A DNA stretch of 21,277 bases from contig CBDDTI010000548.1 of the NCBI GenBank assembly GCA_965233585.1, positions 1 through 21,277 on the forward strand, read 5' to 3'. Source of the DNA: a bacterium. GTDB lineage: Bacteria; SAR324; NAC60-12. A program made the position numbers and the translations under genes. The notes under the pieces are model-generated. The model did no database searches. It was not told the DNA's origin and was given only the letters and a program-made list of their open reading frames with translations. Of the stretch, positions 20,505-21,277 are shown one piece after another (position 1 is the stretch's first letter; each line of letters starts with the position of its first letter).

Positions 20505-21277
20505 ATGCCACCACAAGCCGCACCGAAAGCTGCTGCGTCCCAAGCTCAAGCCTCTCAGCCTGCATCCCATGATGGGACCAGTTTGAAGGACTCATACATC
20601 CCTGTTTTTGATGGTCAGCCTAGTTCGTATCAAGAATGGAGAAAACGAATAGGAATCTACCATCTCAAAATGAAGTTGCAGAAACACACTGAAGAGAGCA
20701 TCCTGAACATCATTGGATTGTTGCAGGGCACAGCATGGAAACTTGTAGAAGGTTTTGATTTGGACAAGATCGACAAAGAAGGAACTTTTGATGATTTGAT
20801 GAAACTGCTTGACAATGCTTTCAGGTCTGACAGCAGGGTTCGACTTCCACAGGATTTTGATGCATACTTTTCTCACCTCTCCGGGAAACCAGGTGAGACG
20901 CTGCTGTCATACGTCACTGAGCATGACGAGAAGCTTCGAAAAGTTCAAGAACATGGAATTCAAATCCCTGACGAAGTCCAAGGATGGCTGTTGCTCAAAA
21001 AGTCCAACGTCACGAAGGAACAGAAACAGATGATCATCACCCAGGCACCGAAAATGGAAAAACTCAGGATCCAAGAAGCCGTGTACTTGATTCTTGGTCA
21101 AGATCATCGTTCTGCAGTTTCCCATGACCATCGACGACCTGGCTCTGGAAGACTTTTCCGCCGTGGAGCCTACACAGCTGCAGACCAATACGATGATGAT
21201 GATGATGACCACTATGACGTTGACGAAGAGGCCTACGTTGAGTATGAGTACGACCCTGAGTATATGGCCGCCAATGA
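20505..21277 (+). CDS. gag: Ty1/copia-like retrotransposon Gag (N-terminal part; runs off the window)
   Basis: Manually translated open frame of 257 codons, absent from the ORF track because it has no stop: MPPQAAPK...YIPVFDGQPSSYQEWRKRI...LQGTAWKLVE...KPGETLLSYVTEHDEKLRKV...IPDEVQGWLLLKKS. The P-x-FDG...Y..W start and the GET...Y...L...I segment match the copia Gag (UBN2/Retrotran_gag_2-like) layout. Confidence 0.85.
   Translation, partial: MPPQAAPKAAASQAQASQPASHDGTSLKDSYIPVFDGQPSSYQEWRKRIGIYHLKMKLQKHTEESILNIIGLLQGTAWKLVEGFDLDKIDKEGTFDDLMKLLDNAFRSDSRVRLPQDFDAYFSHLSGKPGETLLSYVTEHDEKLRKVQEHGIQIPDEVQGWLLLKKSNVTKEQKQMIITQAPKMEKLRIQEAVYLILGQDHRSAVSHDHRRPGSGRLFRRGAYTAADQYDDDDDDHYDVDEEAYVEYEYDPEYMAAN

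Overview
Eukaryotic, almost entirely repeat-derived DNA. The repeat vocabulary, a CCCTAAA-like start and the copia-type proteins suggest a Symbiodiniaceae dinoflagellate (inference from recalled repeat families; no search was run). Left to right: a telomere-like remnant and a 2.5-kb extremely AT-rich tract; a TA-flanked TIR element filled with a 33-bp minisatellite; a retrotransposon protease fragment; several non-autonomous interspersed elements built from mini- and microsatellites; an intronless dual-specificity phosphatase pseudogene (HCFGGIDRS, split across frames); and the 5' end of a Ty1/copia-like element whose gag ORF runs off the window. Almost all ORF-track entries are translations of repeats. 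Most interesting: (1) context-biased, partly strand-biased C>T/G>A erosion that depletes GpC but leaves TpC/GpA, unlike classical CpA RIP; (2) two internally different element families sharing a Helentron/DINE-1-like terminal architecture, with a compensatory base-pair swap in the 3' hairpin; (3) a second group of elements sharing an AACC(C)...GGGA terminus.
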